Origin: a virus
Taxonomy: Duplodnaviria; Caudoviricetes
Virus record (IMG/VR): IMGVR_UViG_3300035661_000004
DNA length: 64,000 nucleotides
Strand: one strand, 5' to 3'
Shown here in pieces: positions 32,519 through 42,865 of this stretch. Each line of letters begins with the position of its first letter. The stretch's first letter is position 1. A program made the translations under genes and the position numbers. Under the pieces are notes generated by a model, which saw only the letters and a list, made by a program, of their open reading frames with translations, did not search any database and had not been told where the DNA came from.

Positions 32519-32964
32519 AGCAGCTGGACCTTGATGATGAAGGAGGCCATGGCGCCGTCGTAGAGCCCCGCGTGCTTCTCCTTCAGGCGCGGCATCACGT
32601 CGCTGATCTTGACCTTGTAGTCCACCGGGTTGGCGCCCTGCACGTCGGCGATGATTGCCTTGATCGCAGCTGTCAGCTCCTGCTCGTTCATCTGCGTCGG
32701 TAAGAACTTTTCATACAGCGCCTTCTCAGCCTGCAGCACCTGTTTGGTGGCTTCGTCAGCGACCTGGTCGATGGTCTGGTTGACGTTGTCACGGAAGGTC
32801 TTCAGCTTGCCGACAACGTCAGCGTCGGTGACGGCACGGTTGGCGTTCTTGGCCAGCGTGCCGATGTCACCCATCAAGGTGGTCAACGGGTTGACGATGG
32901 CAGCGTCGCGCAGCTTGCGAGCGGCGAGCTGGGCTTCCTTGATAGCAGCGTACAGGTCAGACAT
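32515..32964 (-). CDS. GatB/YqeY domain protein
   Basis: LYEKFLPTQMNEQEL...I...M..LK.K..G.YDG..AS..IK; GGAGG RBS and promoter upstream. Confidence 0.8.
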   Translation of the reverse strand: MSDLYAAIKEAQLAARKLRDAAIVNPLTTLMGDIGTLAKNANRAVTDADVVGKLKTFRDNVNQTIDQVADEATKQVLQAEKALYEKFLPTQMNEQELTAAIKAIIADVQGANPVDYKVKISDVMPRLKEKHAGLYDGAMASFIIKVQLL

Positions 32965-32994
32965 GGAACCTCCGTGGAAAGTTCCATTGTACCG

Positions 32995-33165
32995 CTAACG
33001 GCGCTTTTTGTAAACCCGAATGTAGAGCTCGAAGCAGAGCATCATGACTGCTCCAATCCAGAAGCCTTCGCTGCGATAAGCATCGTCAAACATGCCTGCA
33101 ACCATCGAGCCACAGATGCCGCCGCAGCCCGAGTAAAAGATCGTCTGAAAGACAGGGCTGTCCAT
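32995..33165 (-). CDS. Small two-TM membrane protein
   Basis: 56 aa MDSPVFQTIFYSGCGG...YIRVYKKRR, translated by hand. Confidence 0.5.
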   Translation of the reverse strand: MDSPVFQTIFYSGCGGICGSMVAGMFDDAYRSEGFWIGAVMMLCFELYIRVYKKRR

Positions 33166-33617
33166 CACTTGCCTGTTTGCCTGCGGCCTGCTTGCCTGCG
33201 CATCTGGTTGATGTTGGCGACGGTGTAGTCGTTCTGCAGCTCGGAGATGAAGCGGATGTCCTCGTAGTAGGAGTTCCGGTCGCTCGCTGTAGCGAAGATG
33301 CGGCAGAATTGGATCTGAGTGTGGCCAGGCTGAAAGACCGAGGCGTAGATCTTGACAGGCTCTGAGAACGAGTCGCAGATGGTCTGCAGCTCGATGTCGA
33401 GCAGCTTGCCCTCCTCGTTGACTTCGGCTGTCATCTTGATGATACCTAGGTCAAGCTTGATGTAGCCGGCGCGCTGGTTATAAGCAACAGCAAAAAGCTC
33501 AGGTACTTTGCTCACACGCTCGCGCTCAGCCTCCACATGCTCCTTGAGCTCAGGGATAGTCAACCAGCGCTTGAAGCCATCTGCTGCCGCGCCGATCAAG
33601 TCGGTACCTTGGTTCAT
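33165..33617 (-). CDS. Hypothetical protein
   Basis: From MNQGTDL; start uncertain. Confidence 0.6.
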   Translation of the reverse strand: MNQGTDLIGAAADGFKRWLTIPELKEHVEAERERVSKVPELFAVAYNQRAGYIKLDLGIIKMTAEVNEEGKLLDIELQTICDSFSEPVKIYASVFQPGHTQIQFCRIFATASDRNSYYEDIRFISELQNDYTVANINQMRRQAGRRQTGK

Positions 33618-33656
33618 CTTCGTAACTTCTCGAGTGATCACGTTGTCGTCTCCTAT

Positions 33657-35405
33657 TTAGCTACCCAAAATTACCCTGCTCGTAAACCACTTTGGAAGCA
33701 TATGCTTCCAGGCCTTGAACGACCTTGGAAAAGACTCATCGAGGATGTAAGTCACCGACTCGTCGGACTCGTGCCGCGTGCTTCTGCCGCTGGCTTGCAT
33801 GATGCTGATCCACACCTTGTTGGTGTACCAGTTGGAGTCCAAGTTCTTCTTCTGCTTGACACGCGGGTCAGCTAAGCTGGCCCACGGCATCTTAAGGATG
33901 ATCTGGAATTCAGAGAGGTCATCGAACAAGTCGACACCTTCCATCATCGAGGGCGAGACCAGCACGCTATGCTTGTGCTTCTCGCTTTCGGAGTGCATCT
34001 GCAGCAGCTCCGTATTGCTGAACCTACGGCCGTACTTGGAGGCCTTGCCCTGCAGCGAGCCGTCTAGAACCTCCATGTCCTTGTAGAGGAGGCGGTCACG
34101 ATGCTTCTGGCTCACCTGCTTGTAGAGCTCGCCGCCAAACTCGTAGGTGGCGGAGTGGATGATGCCGCGCTGCTCAGCGTGCTCGTCGAGCAGCATGTCC
34201 ACAATCGGGCCGATCTTCGGAATGTTGACGCGCTTGTTGCTGTAGGTCAGGTCCAGCATCGGCGTGGCGATGATAGGCGACTTCTCAGCCGCGAACGGTG
34301 TATCCACCTCGATGTAGAGCGCCTGTTCCTCTGGGATGCCTAGTTCGGCGCACAGAGCGGCCTTCGTGCCCAGCGTCGCGGACATGAAGATGAACTTGTC
34401 AGCGAGGCGGCCGAAGTACTCGTGGAAGAGGAAGTCTGCTGTGATCGGGCTCAGCTGGATCGTGTTGGCCTCAACGTCGGCGTGAATCAGCCAACGGCGT
34501 TGCAGCTCTTCAACCGAGCTGTGAGTGCCGAAGAAGATATTGAGCGGCTGAATTGACTTGTCGAGAGCGTAGATCTTCGCATTCAGCTTCTTGACCTTCT
34601 CGGCGATCTTGGCGTCGAAGCCTCGAGCCCAGCTCTTGGTGCTAAAGTTGTCATGCGAGCCGCGTTGTGGGAACTCGGTGTCGAGCTTCTCCTTGTACTC
34701 GGCAGCCTTCTCTTCGAGCTTGCCTTTGAGAACCTGCAGCTTCTCATAGTCGTTCGCCAGGTCGCCGGTAAACTTGATACCCTTGAGGTTGACGCCGTGC
34801 TCCTGGGCGATCAGCTCAGGGTCAATCTTGGTCTCGGCGAAGGAGACCAGGTGCTGCTCGAGGTTGTGAGCCTCGTCGACGATCATCGCTTCACGGGCGA
34901 CCCAGCCGTTCTCATCCTGCTCAGGAGCCTCCTCGCCGTCCTTAGCGAACCCGCAATGGGCGCTGTAGAGGAGGAACAGCGGGTTGGTGATCATCGCCTG
35001 CGAGCGCAGCGCCTTGTTTTTCTGGTTGTAGTAGGAGCACGTCTCATTGATCATGCAGTCCTTCTTCAAAGCGTCATTGGCGCTGCACGGTGCGGCGTCA
35101 ACGGTGAAGTTGGGGTTGACGTTGCACTGGTAGTTGCCGCGCCCTTTCAGGTTGACGATCTTCTTCCAGGAGGACTCGTACTGGTCCTGCAGCTGCAACG
35201 TCGAAGTGAGGATATAAGCGCGACCTGAGAGGCGGTCCGCTATCGAGCACGTGATGTACGTCTTGCCAACACCAGTCGGGGCGTTGACGATGAAGTACTT
35301 GTACTTGTCCCAGCTTGAGTCAATCGTCTCAACAACCTGCTTTTGCTGAGGACGGATGCTGAGTTTGTGAGTTTCAAAGAAGACGAGCGGGTGATGCTGG
35401 AGCAT
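33657..35405 (-). CDS. DinG/YoaA/XPD-like SF2 helicase
   Basis: NAPTGVGKT, LKGRGNYQC with four Cys (Fe-S), IVDEAHNLE, MSATL, EGVDL, QASGRSTRH. Confidence 0.9.
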   Translation of the reverse strand: MLQHHPLVFFETHKLSIRPQQKQVVETIDSSWDKYKYFIVNAPTGVGKTYITCSIADRLSGRAYILTSTLQLQDQYESSWKKIVNLKGRGNYQCNVNPNFTVDAAPCSANDALKKDCMINETCSYYNQKNKALRSQAMITNPLFLLYSAHCGFAKDGEEAPEQDENGWVAREAMIVDEAHNLEQHLVSFAETKIDPELIAQEHGVNLKGIKFTGDLANDYEKLQVLKGKLEEKAAEYKEKLDTEFPQRGSHDNFSTKSWARGFDAKIAEKVKKLNAKIYALDKSIQPLNIFFGTHSSVEELQRRWLIHADVEANTIQLSPITADFLFHEYFGRLADKFIFMSATLGTKAALCAELGIPEEQALYIEVDTPFAAEKSPIIATPMLDLTYSNKRVNIPKIGPIVDMLLDEHAEQRGIIHSATYEFGGELYKQVSQKHRDRLLYKDMEVLDGSLQGKASKYGRRFSNTELLQMHSESEKHKHSVLVSPSMMEGVDLFDDLSEFQIILKMPWASLADPRVKQKKNLDSNWYTNKVWISIMQASGRSTRHESDESVTYILDESFPRSFKAWKHMLPKWFTSRVILGS

Positions 35406-35601
35406 TATAGCTTTCTATACCGTGACTCTTCAATTGTATCACGGATTGTCATAATGCCCCAATTACCTGTCCGAAGTTGCCATGGTAGCTTGCTATCACC
35501 GTGGCTTGCTGTTTAACAACATTTTAACACCAATGTAATTCTCATGTAAACAAAAAGTTCATCCGCGATTACATACTCAATTCATCAAAGATTACAACAG
35601 G

Positions 35602-35619
35602 GGTTCATCTAGATGAACC
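35602..35619. repeat. Perfect 18-bp palindrome GGTTCATCTAGATGAACC
   Basis: Direct reading, in an AT-rich 260-bp intergenic region. Confidence 0.8.
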
Positions 35620-35669
35620 GACAAAAGAAAACAGGCCCGCAGGCCCGTTTGAGGATTAAGCGATGAGGC

Positions 35670-36788
35670 TTAAGAGAACAGCGCGAGGATGCGGTGCCCC
35701 TGGTTTTCCATCACGAGAGCGCTAAAGTAAAGCAGCAGGCCAGTAACGCCGGTGCCGATGATCATGCCTGTCTTCCAGCTTGCCCAGAGGAGCCAGTCGA
35801 GGATGATGAGGAAAGCGCACACGTCGATGATTGCGCCGATGGCATGCTCACCGAAGTAGCTGTAGCCAAAGTTGGCCAATGTGATCACCGTTGCCCCGCG
35901 AAGCAGAGCGCCGCCGTTGATACGGTCCATGAAGGGCGAGATTTCAACCAGCAGCGCGATGCCGAGCGCGATCGAGCAGTAGTACTCGAAGCCTGAAGCA
36001 AACAAGGCGACATAAGGCACACCAGCATGCTTCAGCGCGACATAGAGCATCAGCACGAGCGTATGGCTGAAGACGACGACAGGCGCCCAGTTGCGCCGAA
36101 TGTCGAGATAGAGTGTGCCAGGCAGGTAGCTCATGCCGAAGCCGAAGAGCGATGAGAAGCTAACCGCAGCGAAGAAGCCGAAGATTTGCGAGTCGTAGCA
36201 GACTGTGAGGACGCCGAAGTACAGCACGGCGTAGAACGAAGCCACGATGCTAGGAGGAATGCCTAGGCTGAAGAACCTGAGCACGGCCTCCGTCAGCTTC
36301 GGGTATGTCGTGATGGTCCAGATAGCGACCATCGGCGCCGCGAAGGCGCAGAACAGCGCGATGTAGAAGCTTTGGCTAACCGAGAAGGTTTCAGGCACCG
36401 CTAGGCCCAGCGTAGTGACTCCAAACAGCACGAGCTGATAGAGCCAAGTCGGCACGCCGGTGATCAGGAACCAGCACGCTTTGACCATGTTCTTGATGAT
36501 GCCCGAGAAGCAGATGAGGAGCGCCACGATAGCGATTGTCTTGAGCAGGTTGACCCATGACAGCCAGCGGGTCCATGACGTTTCCGATGCCTCTTGTAGC
36601 TTCACATCGGCCTTCTGATACACCTCGCTGAGCGCCTGAGCTTCTTGCTCGGTTGTCAGCATGCCCTTGAGGTGCAGGTCCTTGATCGTCTCGACGCGGA
36701 CCTCGTTGGCGGTGGGTGGATCAGCGAGCACGTGCCCGCTGAAGAGCATGCCTATGATGAAGGCGATGGTTACAAGCAGCTTGGTCAT
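35670..36788 (-). CDS. Multi-pass membrane protein with signal peptide
   Basis: 372 aa, about ten hydrophobic segments. Confidence 0.8.
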   Translation of the reverse strand: MTKLLVTIAFIIGMLFSGHVLADPPTANEVRVETIKDLHLKGMLTTEQEAQALSEVYQKADVKLQEASETSWTRWLSWVNLLKTIAIVALLICFSGIIKNMVKACWFLITGVPTWLYQLVLFGVTTLGLAVPETFSVSQSFYIALFCAFAAPMVAIWTITTYPKLTEAVLRFFSLGIPPSIVASFYAVLYFGVLTVCYDSQIFGFFAAVSFSSLFGFGMSYLPGTLYLDIRRNWAPVVVFSHTLVLMLYVALKHAGVPYVALFASGFEYYCSIALGIALLVEISPFMDRINGGALLRGATVITLANFGYSYFGEHAIGAIIDVCAFLIILDWLLWASWKTGMIIGTGVTGLLLYFSALVMENQGHRILALFS

Positions 36789-37369
36789 GAGATCCTCTCA
36801 AGGGTGATGAAGGTAAGGCCAGGTTCTTCGGGATAGGGTGTGGTGGGGGAATTCATGTCTCGCACAAGCCAGGTACGACCGAAGGCTTGCTCAGCCTTGA
36901 TGAAGTCGACCCAGTTGTGGAGGTTGTGCTTGAGGCGAACATCCGCGCCAGAGGAGCCTGTCAAGCGGCCTAGCTGCGGCCCGGGCAGGTGGACACATGT
37001 GATATAGAGCTTGGTCACCAAGCCGTGGTCGAGAGCGTAGTCGTACAGCGATGCGCCGCCGATCAGCCATGCCTCTTTGTCAAAGGCGTACTCGCTAAGG
37101 CTCTGAGACAGCGCCTGAGCACCAGCGTCATCGATGCGCTTGTAGGCGTGCTGATCACGCGTTAGCACGAAGTTGACACGGTTGGGCAGAGGCTTGCCGA
37201 TTGAGTCAAAGGTCTTGCGGCCCATGACCACAGTAGGTTGGCCGCCGTTAGCTCGAGGAGCGCTTGTCAGCTCCTTGAACCGCTTCATGTCACGCGTTGA
37301 CTTCCACGGCAACCTACCGTCGGACCAGCCAATTGCGTTGTCAGCGTCAACCGCTACAATCATCCTCAT
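36785..37369 (-). CDS. frd: Dihydrofolate reductase
   Basis: MIVAVDADNAIG..G.LPW...DM..FK.LT, VVMGRKTFDSIGKPLPNRVNFVLTR, LIGGASLY. Confidence 0.93.
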   Translation of the reverse strand: MRMIVAVDADNAIGWSDGRLPWKSTRDMKRFKELTSAPRANGGQPTVVMGRKTFDSIGKPLPNRVNFVLTRDQHAYKRIDDAGAQALSQSLSEYAFDKEAWLIGGASLYDYALDHGLVTKLYITCVHLPGPQLGRLTGSSGADVRLKHNLHNWVDFIKAEQAFGRTWLVRDMNSPTTPYPEEPGLTFITLERIS

Positions 37370-37442
37370 ATTGCTCTCCTCTTGGAAGAGCGGATTGTAT
37401 ACTAGTTGGGCGCCGCTAGCTTGTTAGTCTCTTTTGTGCGCA

Positions 37443-38972
37443 TCATTCGCCCATGTACTTCAGCAAGCGCTTCCACTCGGGATCGCCCGACGACGCTACG
37501 CCCAGTGCGCCGATGAAGGTGCGGATGGAGACATACTTCATCTTCTTCGACGCTATCTGCTCTTGCAGGTACTCTAGCACCTCGCGCTTCGTCTCGATCG
37601 TGATGTCAAACGAGTTCGGCGCGGACAGCTTATCCATGATGCCTTCAATCCGCTCGAACACCTGCTTGGATGTTAAGGTCATGTCAATGAACATCGAGCG
37701 GTTTAGCACGGCCGAGTCGAGCCCGCTGTGTGGCTTATTCGAGATGAAGATGATCCTGCCGGTGAAGTCAAACTCGCTTGGGAACTTAACCTTGGCTGAA
37801 GCGTTAGCCTTCAGCTCGTCATCGACCTGCTTGATGTACTCATTCTTCTCATCGTCCGTCATGTGCGTGACGGCTTGTGTCAGCGGCGAGGCCCACGAGA
37901 CGTTGCGAACAGGGCTTGAGTCAAGGCCTGCCTTCAAGATGTTGACGGCGTCATCATTCTCCCACAGCGAGTCGGTGTCGTCAAACACCAGCAGCTTGGA
38001 TCGGTTGATGAACATCGTTGAGTACAGGGTCAACGGCGAAATCTTACCCTTGACCTGGATCCAGCCGGAGCCCTTCTTCAAGCCAGCGTCATGGATACAG
38101 TCCATGATTGTCTTGGTCTTACCGGTGCCTGGGCCACCGATGACCACGAGGGAAGGGCGAGCACCCTTGATCACCATCTTGGTCAGGCGCTCGAGGTCAT
38201 CGAACAGCTCTTGGGCTGAGATCGGCTCGATGGCTTGCTCAAGAGCCTTTTGGTCGGCCTTTGAGATCGGCGCGCTCGCGTCAAACTTGAAGTGATGGCC
38301 TTGACCAGGTGGGTGGACCGTGATGATCGCGCCAGTGTGATCCTGCTCGATGCGAGCCAAGTCATAGTGGGTGTCGCTGCGGCCGCCGACGCCTACGTCA
38401 TAGAACGAGCCTGGCAGCAGCATGTTATACTCTGCGCCGACTTGCTTGAGCTCAGGGTAAGTGAACAGTAGGTCGGTCTTGTTGTTTTTCATCGCCCACT
38501 GCTTAGCGGCGGAGATGAACTTCTCAACGCTAACGCGCGACGCTTCGAGCAGGTCTTGGTAGGACGCTACCTCAACAGCTTCCTTGACATTGGTGTCAAC
38601 CTTAGCCGGATACTCGCCGACCTTCGGATGCTTGATGAAGTTCGTGACCTGAGTCAGGATGCGGAAGACGGAGACATCGGCCGGCAGCTCGATCTGGTAG
38701 TCGGGCACGTGGCCTGCTACAGCCGATGCGCCTTCGTCCCAGAGGTCGATGTAGCCGATGCGACGATCATGCTTGGTGTAGTCAAGCCGGAACGCCCTAC
38801 TGCCGAAGAAGTAGAGATAGCCAAGGTCACCCGCCGCGTCATGCTGAACACCGGTCTCACCGCCGTAGCGGTAGATCTTGCCCAGCTTGGTCTTGATGAT
38901 GCGTTCGAGACGATGGATGGTCTCGGGGGAGAAAGCGCCTTCGCGGCCGCCGTGAATCTCAAATAGCTTCAT
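37443..38972 (-). CDS. Late-expressed AAA+ ATPase
   Basis: GGPGTGKT, LVFDDTD, IFISN, SRS-like NRS; TAAATA at 38994-38999; N-terminus MKLFE. Confidence 0.8.
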   Translation of the reverse strand: MKLFEIHGGREGAFSPETIHRLERIIKTKLGKIYRYGGETGVQHDAAGDLGYLYFFGSRAFRLDYTKHDRRIGYIDLWDEGASAVAGHVPDYQIELPADVSVFRILTQVTNFIKHPKVGEYPAKVDTNVKEAVEVASYQDLLEASRVSVEKFISAAKQWAMKNNKTDLLFTYPELKQVGAEYNMLLPGSFYDVGVGGRSDTHYDLARIEQDHTGAIITVHPPGQGHHFKFDASAPISKADQKALEQAIEPISAQELFDDLERLTKMVIKGARPSLVVIGGPGTGKTKTIMDCIHDAGLKKGSGWIQVKGKISPLTLYSTMFINRSKLLVFDDTDSLWENDDAVNILKAGLDSSPVRNVSWASPLTQAVTHMTDDEKNEYIKQVDDELKANASAKVKFPSEFDFTGRIIFISNKPHSGLDSAVLNRSMFIDMTLTSKQVFERIEGIMDKLSAPNSFDITIETKREVLEYLQEQIASKKMKYVSIRTFIGALGVASSGDPEWKRLLKYMGE

Positions 38973-39004
38973 AGGAGGTGTTCCTGTTTTAGCTATTTAA
39001 GGGT

Positions 39005-39490
39005 TCACGACGCTGATGGTTGCTCAGGCAAGTTCGCTTCGATGTTCTCGACCAGCTGCTTCGCGTCAATCAGCCCCTGGTGGAATGCGATGACCGAGCT
39101 GTCACCCGGGTTCAACGTCCCAGCCAGGCTGATCGCGCCGAGAGAGGCAAACGCTGTCCCAAGCTGGTTGACAGCGACCGTCAGCTTGACAACGTCAGCC
39201 GTTGCGGCCTCAGTGTGCGCGGCGCGGTCGATGAGGACCTTGACCTGCTCCTGCAGCCAGTCGCATGCAGCGAGCGAGTTCTCGCTGTTCTGCGTGAACG
39301 CCATGCACTCGTTGAAGACCGTGACATCGGCCTCCTTGAGGTTGACGACATTCTGGCTCAGGTTGAACGCGCAGAGGCTGAGGATAGCCTTGCCAGGGTT
39401 ATCCCACAGCGGTCGCCCACCGGCGACCTCCGTGTAGAAGTGAAAAGGGAAGCGAGCGTAAAGCAGCAGCTCGTTGACTTGTGCTTTCAT
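39005..39490 (-). CDS. Hypothetical protein
   Basis: 161 aa, one-base overlap with upstream stop. Confidence 0.65.
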   Translation of the reverse strand: MKAQVNELLLYARFPFHFYTEVAGGRPLWDNPGKAILSLCAFNLSQNVVNLKEADVTVFNECMAFTQNSENSLAACDWLQEQVKVLIDRAAHTEAATADVVKLTVAVNQLGTAFASLGAISLAGTLNPGDSSVIAFHQGLIDAKQLVENIEANLPEQPSAS

Positions 39491-41862
39491 TAGATGCGGT
39501 CAGAGTTCTCAAGGTTGTCGAAGTTCCTGCGCAGGCCTGCATTCTTGGCCTTTGCTTCCTCTTCGAGCTGCGCCAGCCAATCTTTAGCCGACAGCGTTGC
39601 GTCAAACAGAGCCGCTTGCCGCTTGACGGTGGCGAAGTCGCCAGGCGTCAGGTGAGCGATCTTCAACAGCTCGAAGTGCATCGGGTCATCGACCGTCAGC
39701 TCGACACCCGACTCGTTTGCGAACATCTTGACGCGCTGTGACTCGGTCAGCTCGAGGAAGTTGAACTTGAACGTGAAGCGGCGCAGCGCGGCAGCGTCGA
39801 GCTGGCTGAATAAGTTGGAGGCGCAGATGAAGATGCCCTTGAAGCGCTCCATGCCTTGCAGCAGCTCGTTGACCATGGTCACCTCCCACGAGTTCTTGCT
39901 CATGGCGCGGTCACGCAGGAAGCTGTCGGCTTCGTCCAGCAGGAGGATAGCGCCTTCAGCGGAGGCCTCACGGAACATCTCAGCCAGGTTCTGCTCGTTC
40001 TCACCGACCCACTTGGACAGGATGTCCGAGGCCCGCTTGACGAGCAACGGCTTGTCCAGCTTGTCGGCGATGTACTCGGCCAGCTGGGTCTTGCCGGTGC
40101 CTGGCAAGCCGTAGAAGCAGAGGGTTGCTTGGGGCTTCTTCTTCAGGGCGTCGATCACCTGCTCAGGCGAGAACTTGCTGCGGATGTTCAGCAGGCCAAG
40201 GTCATACTTGGTGACGGAGGAGCGCAGCTCTTCAGTCTTGTCACGACCCAAGGCACGCTGGCTCTCTTCAACCAGCTGCAGCAGCGTGTCGTAGCTGCCA
40301 GGTTCTTGCAGCTCGAGCAGCTGGACCACCTTGGCGGCTGTCTCGACCTGCACGGCGCCGAGTTCCATGTACTTGGACAGAGCCTGCCGCACTTCAGCAG
40401 GCAGGTTCAAGCTGTTGGCGATCTTCTCGACTTCGAGCTTGCGGTCAGCACGCGTACCCGGGATCACCTCGAGGTGAAGCATGAACTTGCCGACGGCTTC
40501 CTTGGACAGGCGTTGAGGGTCGGCTGTGTACCAGATGGTAGCGATGCAGGACTTGGTCAGCAGCTGCTCATCAGAGTCCAGCTCGACTTTCTCATTGCTT
40601 GCCGAGTCTTTGTCCTCGAAGAGGGAGGCGAAGGACCTGCGAGAGGCACCTTTGCTCAGCACCGCTGCGGCGTCACGCACCAGCAGGACGTGCTTGACAT
40701 CGGCGTCCTTGGCGGCACGGCCTTCCAGGATCCGCTGAGCGGCCCAAGTGATGGAGGCTTCGTCACCCCATGAGTCAGTACGTGCCACCGTCTCATACAG
40801 CTCGAACTCGATGCCTTCGAGAGCGCGTTGCAGCGCTTGATCCTTGTCGAGCTTGCTCGGGCCGTAGACCAGGATGTTGACGCCAGGTTCTTGGCAGAGC
40901 GGGTCCTTGTGGATGACCTTTGTGAAGACGTCGCGAGCCAGCGTGATCATCTTCTCGTTGACACGAGCGATGACCGACGAATAGGTCTTCTGTGGCTTGA
41001 CCGCGTTGACGAAGAGCGCGTCAAAGCCTTCGATGCCGTCTTTGTGGTCATAGCCGATGACCTTGCTCCAGAACTGGCTCAGCCGTTGGAAGCGGCCCTC
41101 AGTCGTCACCTTGACGATGTTGAATGCGAGCGGCTTGGACGTGTCATGTGCGAGCACGCGCTCGGTCTCTTTCATCGCGGCGCTTATACTAGCGCCGGGG
41201 TCATCAGCGTCGGAGACGATGATGGACGTGAGGGCGTCTTCGAGCTGTTGGCGGAAAGCACCCTTGCGGCCGTCGGCCATCTCGAGCAGCTGCAGGAAGA
41301 TGAAGGCTTCATGGTCGATCGTGACCGCCGTTGCATGCTCAAGGACGTAGGTCTCAGCCTGGGACAGGTCATAGATGCGAGCGACGTTGAGCACGTTGGC
41401 TTCGATCGAGGTCGTGATATCGGCGCGCTCGCGGGCTTGCCTTGCGGAGTCACAGATGTGCTCGCCGATGGCCTGGATGGCCGGCGGGATGTCCTTGGCC
41501 TCGCGCTTTTGGTACAACGAGTGGAAGAGGTCAGCGAAGGCCAGGAACTTGCCCAGGTACTCCGACGTGACGTGCTGGCCCAACGTCTTGCGGATCGAGT
41601 CGGCCAGCTTCGTGGACTCGGCAAGCTCATCCATCGAGAAGGACTTCGAGTCGATGTGGGCGACTTTGTTGATAAGGCTCATCGTCTCGCGGTCGATCGG
41701 CAGCGCGTCATCGGCTTCAGACTGGAAGGCCACAACCTTCAGCGCCATCGAGAAGAAGGCGCCAAAGAGCTGTTGATCAAGCGCGATCTGCTGGGCAACC
41801 TTCGGCTGCTGGATCATGCGGCCGATGACATTGTAGACCGTATAGGGAAAGACTGGCTTCAT
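39490..41862 (-). CDS. Tandem AAA+ ATPase (SpoVK/Vps4-like), degenerate first module
   Basis: From MKPVF; module 1 YGPSKLDK, module 2 YGLPGTGKT, LSKWVGENE, LLLDEADS, ASN, LRRF. Confidence 0.85.
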   Translation of the reverse strand: MKPVFPYTVYNVIGRMIQQPKVAQQIALDQQLFGAFFSMALKVVAFQSEADDALPIDRETMSLINKVAHIDSKSFSMDELAESTKLADSIRKTLGQHVTSEYLGKFLAFADLFHSLYQKREAKDIPPAIQAIGEHICDSARQARERADITTSIEANVLNVARIYDLSQAETYVLEHATAVTIDHEAFIFLQLLEMADGRKGAFRQQLEDALTSIIVSDADDPGASISAAMKETERVLAHDTSKPLAFNIVKVTTEGRFQRLSQFWSKVIGYDHKDGIEGFDALFVNAVKPQKTYSSVIARVNEKMITLARDVFTKVIHKDPLCQEPGVNILVYGPSKLDKDQALQRALEGIEFELYETVARTDSWGDEASITWAAQRILEGRAAKDADVKHVLLVRDAAAVLSKGASRRSFASLFEDKDSASNEKVELDSDEQLLTKSCIATIWYTADPQRLSKEAVGKFMLHLEVIPGTRADRKLEVEKIANSLNLPAEVRQALSKYMELGAVQVETAAKVVQLLELQEPGSYDTLLQLVEESQRALGRDKTEELRSSVTKYDLGLLNIRSKFSPEQVIDALKKKPQATLCFYGLPGTGKTQLAEYIADKLDKPLLVKRASDILSKWVGENEQNLAEMFREASAEGAILLLDEADSFLRDRAMSKNSWEVTMVNELLQGMERFKGIFICASNLFSQLDAAALRRFTFKFNFLELTESQRVKMFANESGVELTVDDPMHFELLKIAHLTPGDFATVKRQAALFDATLSAKDWLAQLEEEAKAKNAGLRRNFDNLENSDRI

Positions 41863-41863
41863 G

Positions 41864-42103
41864 TTACGGCCTCCTAGCCGTGTAACCTTCAAGTTGGTTA
41901 TCCTCTGTCTGCAGCTCGTCCCAATGCTTGTCAGCAAGGGAACGATCCTCAAAGTGGGTGGTAAAGCTTTGCTCGTTGACGCCGAGCAGGATCGGATCCT
42001 GCAAGGCAGCAACGCTGCCGTCAGGAAGAATCTTGACTTCGAGGTACTGGTCCTCGAGCTCGTTGACCAGACGTTCGGTCCAAGCCTTGTCAGGATTGAC
42101 CAT
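41864..42103 (-). CDS. Hypothetical protein
   Basis: From MVNPDK with AGGAG RBS. Confidence 0.55.
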   Translation of the reverse strand: MVNPDKAWTERLVNELEDQYLEVKILPDGSVAALQDPILLGVNEQSFTTHFEDRSLADKHWDELQTEDNQLEGYTARRP

Positions 42104-42111
42104 GTGTGCTC

Positions 42112-42350
42112 CTAGTAGCAGCACCAGCCGCCGTACTTGCGGCATTTGATACCGCCGTCTGACGGGTGAATGATCTCATGCTCGCAGTTAGGATCGGCCG
42201 CCCACAGCTCTTCACCGGCGGGCAGCCGTTTGCGGTTTGTATACAGCCCACCCCCAAGGCTGGCCTTTCAAATGCGCCGTTACTTGAGCCTTAGCGGCCT
42301 CAGGGGGTGTCAGCTTCAACCTGAAGGTTGACGCTTATGCTGTATTTCAT
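42112..42350 (-). pseudogene. Frameshifted small Cys-containing protein
   Basis: One extra C in the run at 42303-42307; corrected MKYSISVNLQVEADTPEAAKAQ...LWAADPNCEHE...GWCCY. Confidence 0.6.
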
Positions 42351-42352
42351 GC

Positions 42353-42865
42353 TCAAGCCTTGATGGCGTCATGGTACTCGAGCAAGGCCTTGATGGTCTT
42401 GTCGAAGTCACCGTCATGGTGGATGCCGTGGCCACCCTTGACCACCCAGTCGTGGAGGTTGCCTTCGGTGTCATCGATGAGGACACGGTACGGCTTCGAC
42501 CACAACTGCTTGTCGCGTCGCTTGACCACGTTGGTCTCGTACTGCGGGCCGAACTTCTTAGCGACCCACTCACGTTTCTGCTGCTGGGAGGCGACCGAAG
42601 CCGGCGCTCCCGTCAGAAACTTGATCTTGTGGTCCGGCAACAAGTCCTTGATCGCCGCCCACAGGCGTTCAGAGCCTGGGATCAGCTTCAGGTTGGCGAA
42701 GAACTGCTTGTCCCTGTGGATCGTGGCCCACAGGTGCTTCTTCTCCAAGTGCTTTGGGTGGCGGCCTCCGGACAACTCGGTCACGCGCAGGTCAAAGTCG
42801 GCGAACAAGCCGTCCAAGTCCAGGTGGAGCTCCTCGATCAGGGATTCTTCGTGTACTTTTATCAT
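42353..42865 (-). CDS. 5'(3')-deoxyribonucleotidase-like HAD phosphatase
   Basis: LDLDG (DxD), LTG, K..W, LIDD; leaderless start 7 nt after TACAAT. Confidence 0.85.
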   Translation of the reverse strand: MIKVHEESLIEELHLDLDGLFADFDLRVTELSGGRHPKHLEKKHLWATIHRDKQFFANLKLIPGSERLWAAIKDLLPDHKIKFLTGAPASVASQQQKREWVAKKFGPQYETNVVKRRDKQLWSKPYRVLIDDTEGNLHDWVVKGGHGIHHDGDFDKTIKALLEYHDAIKA

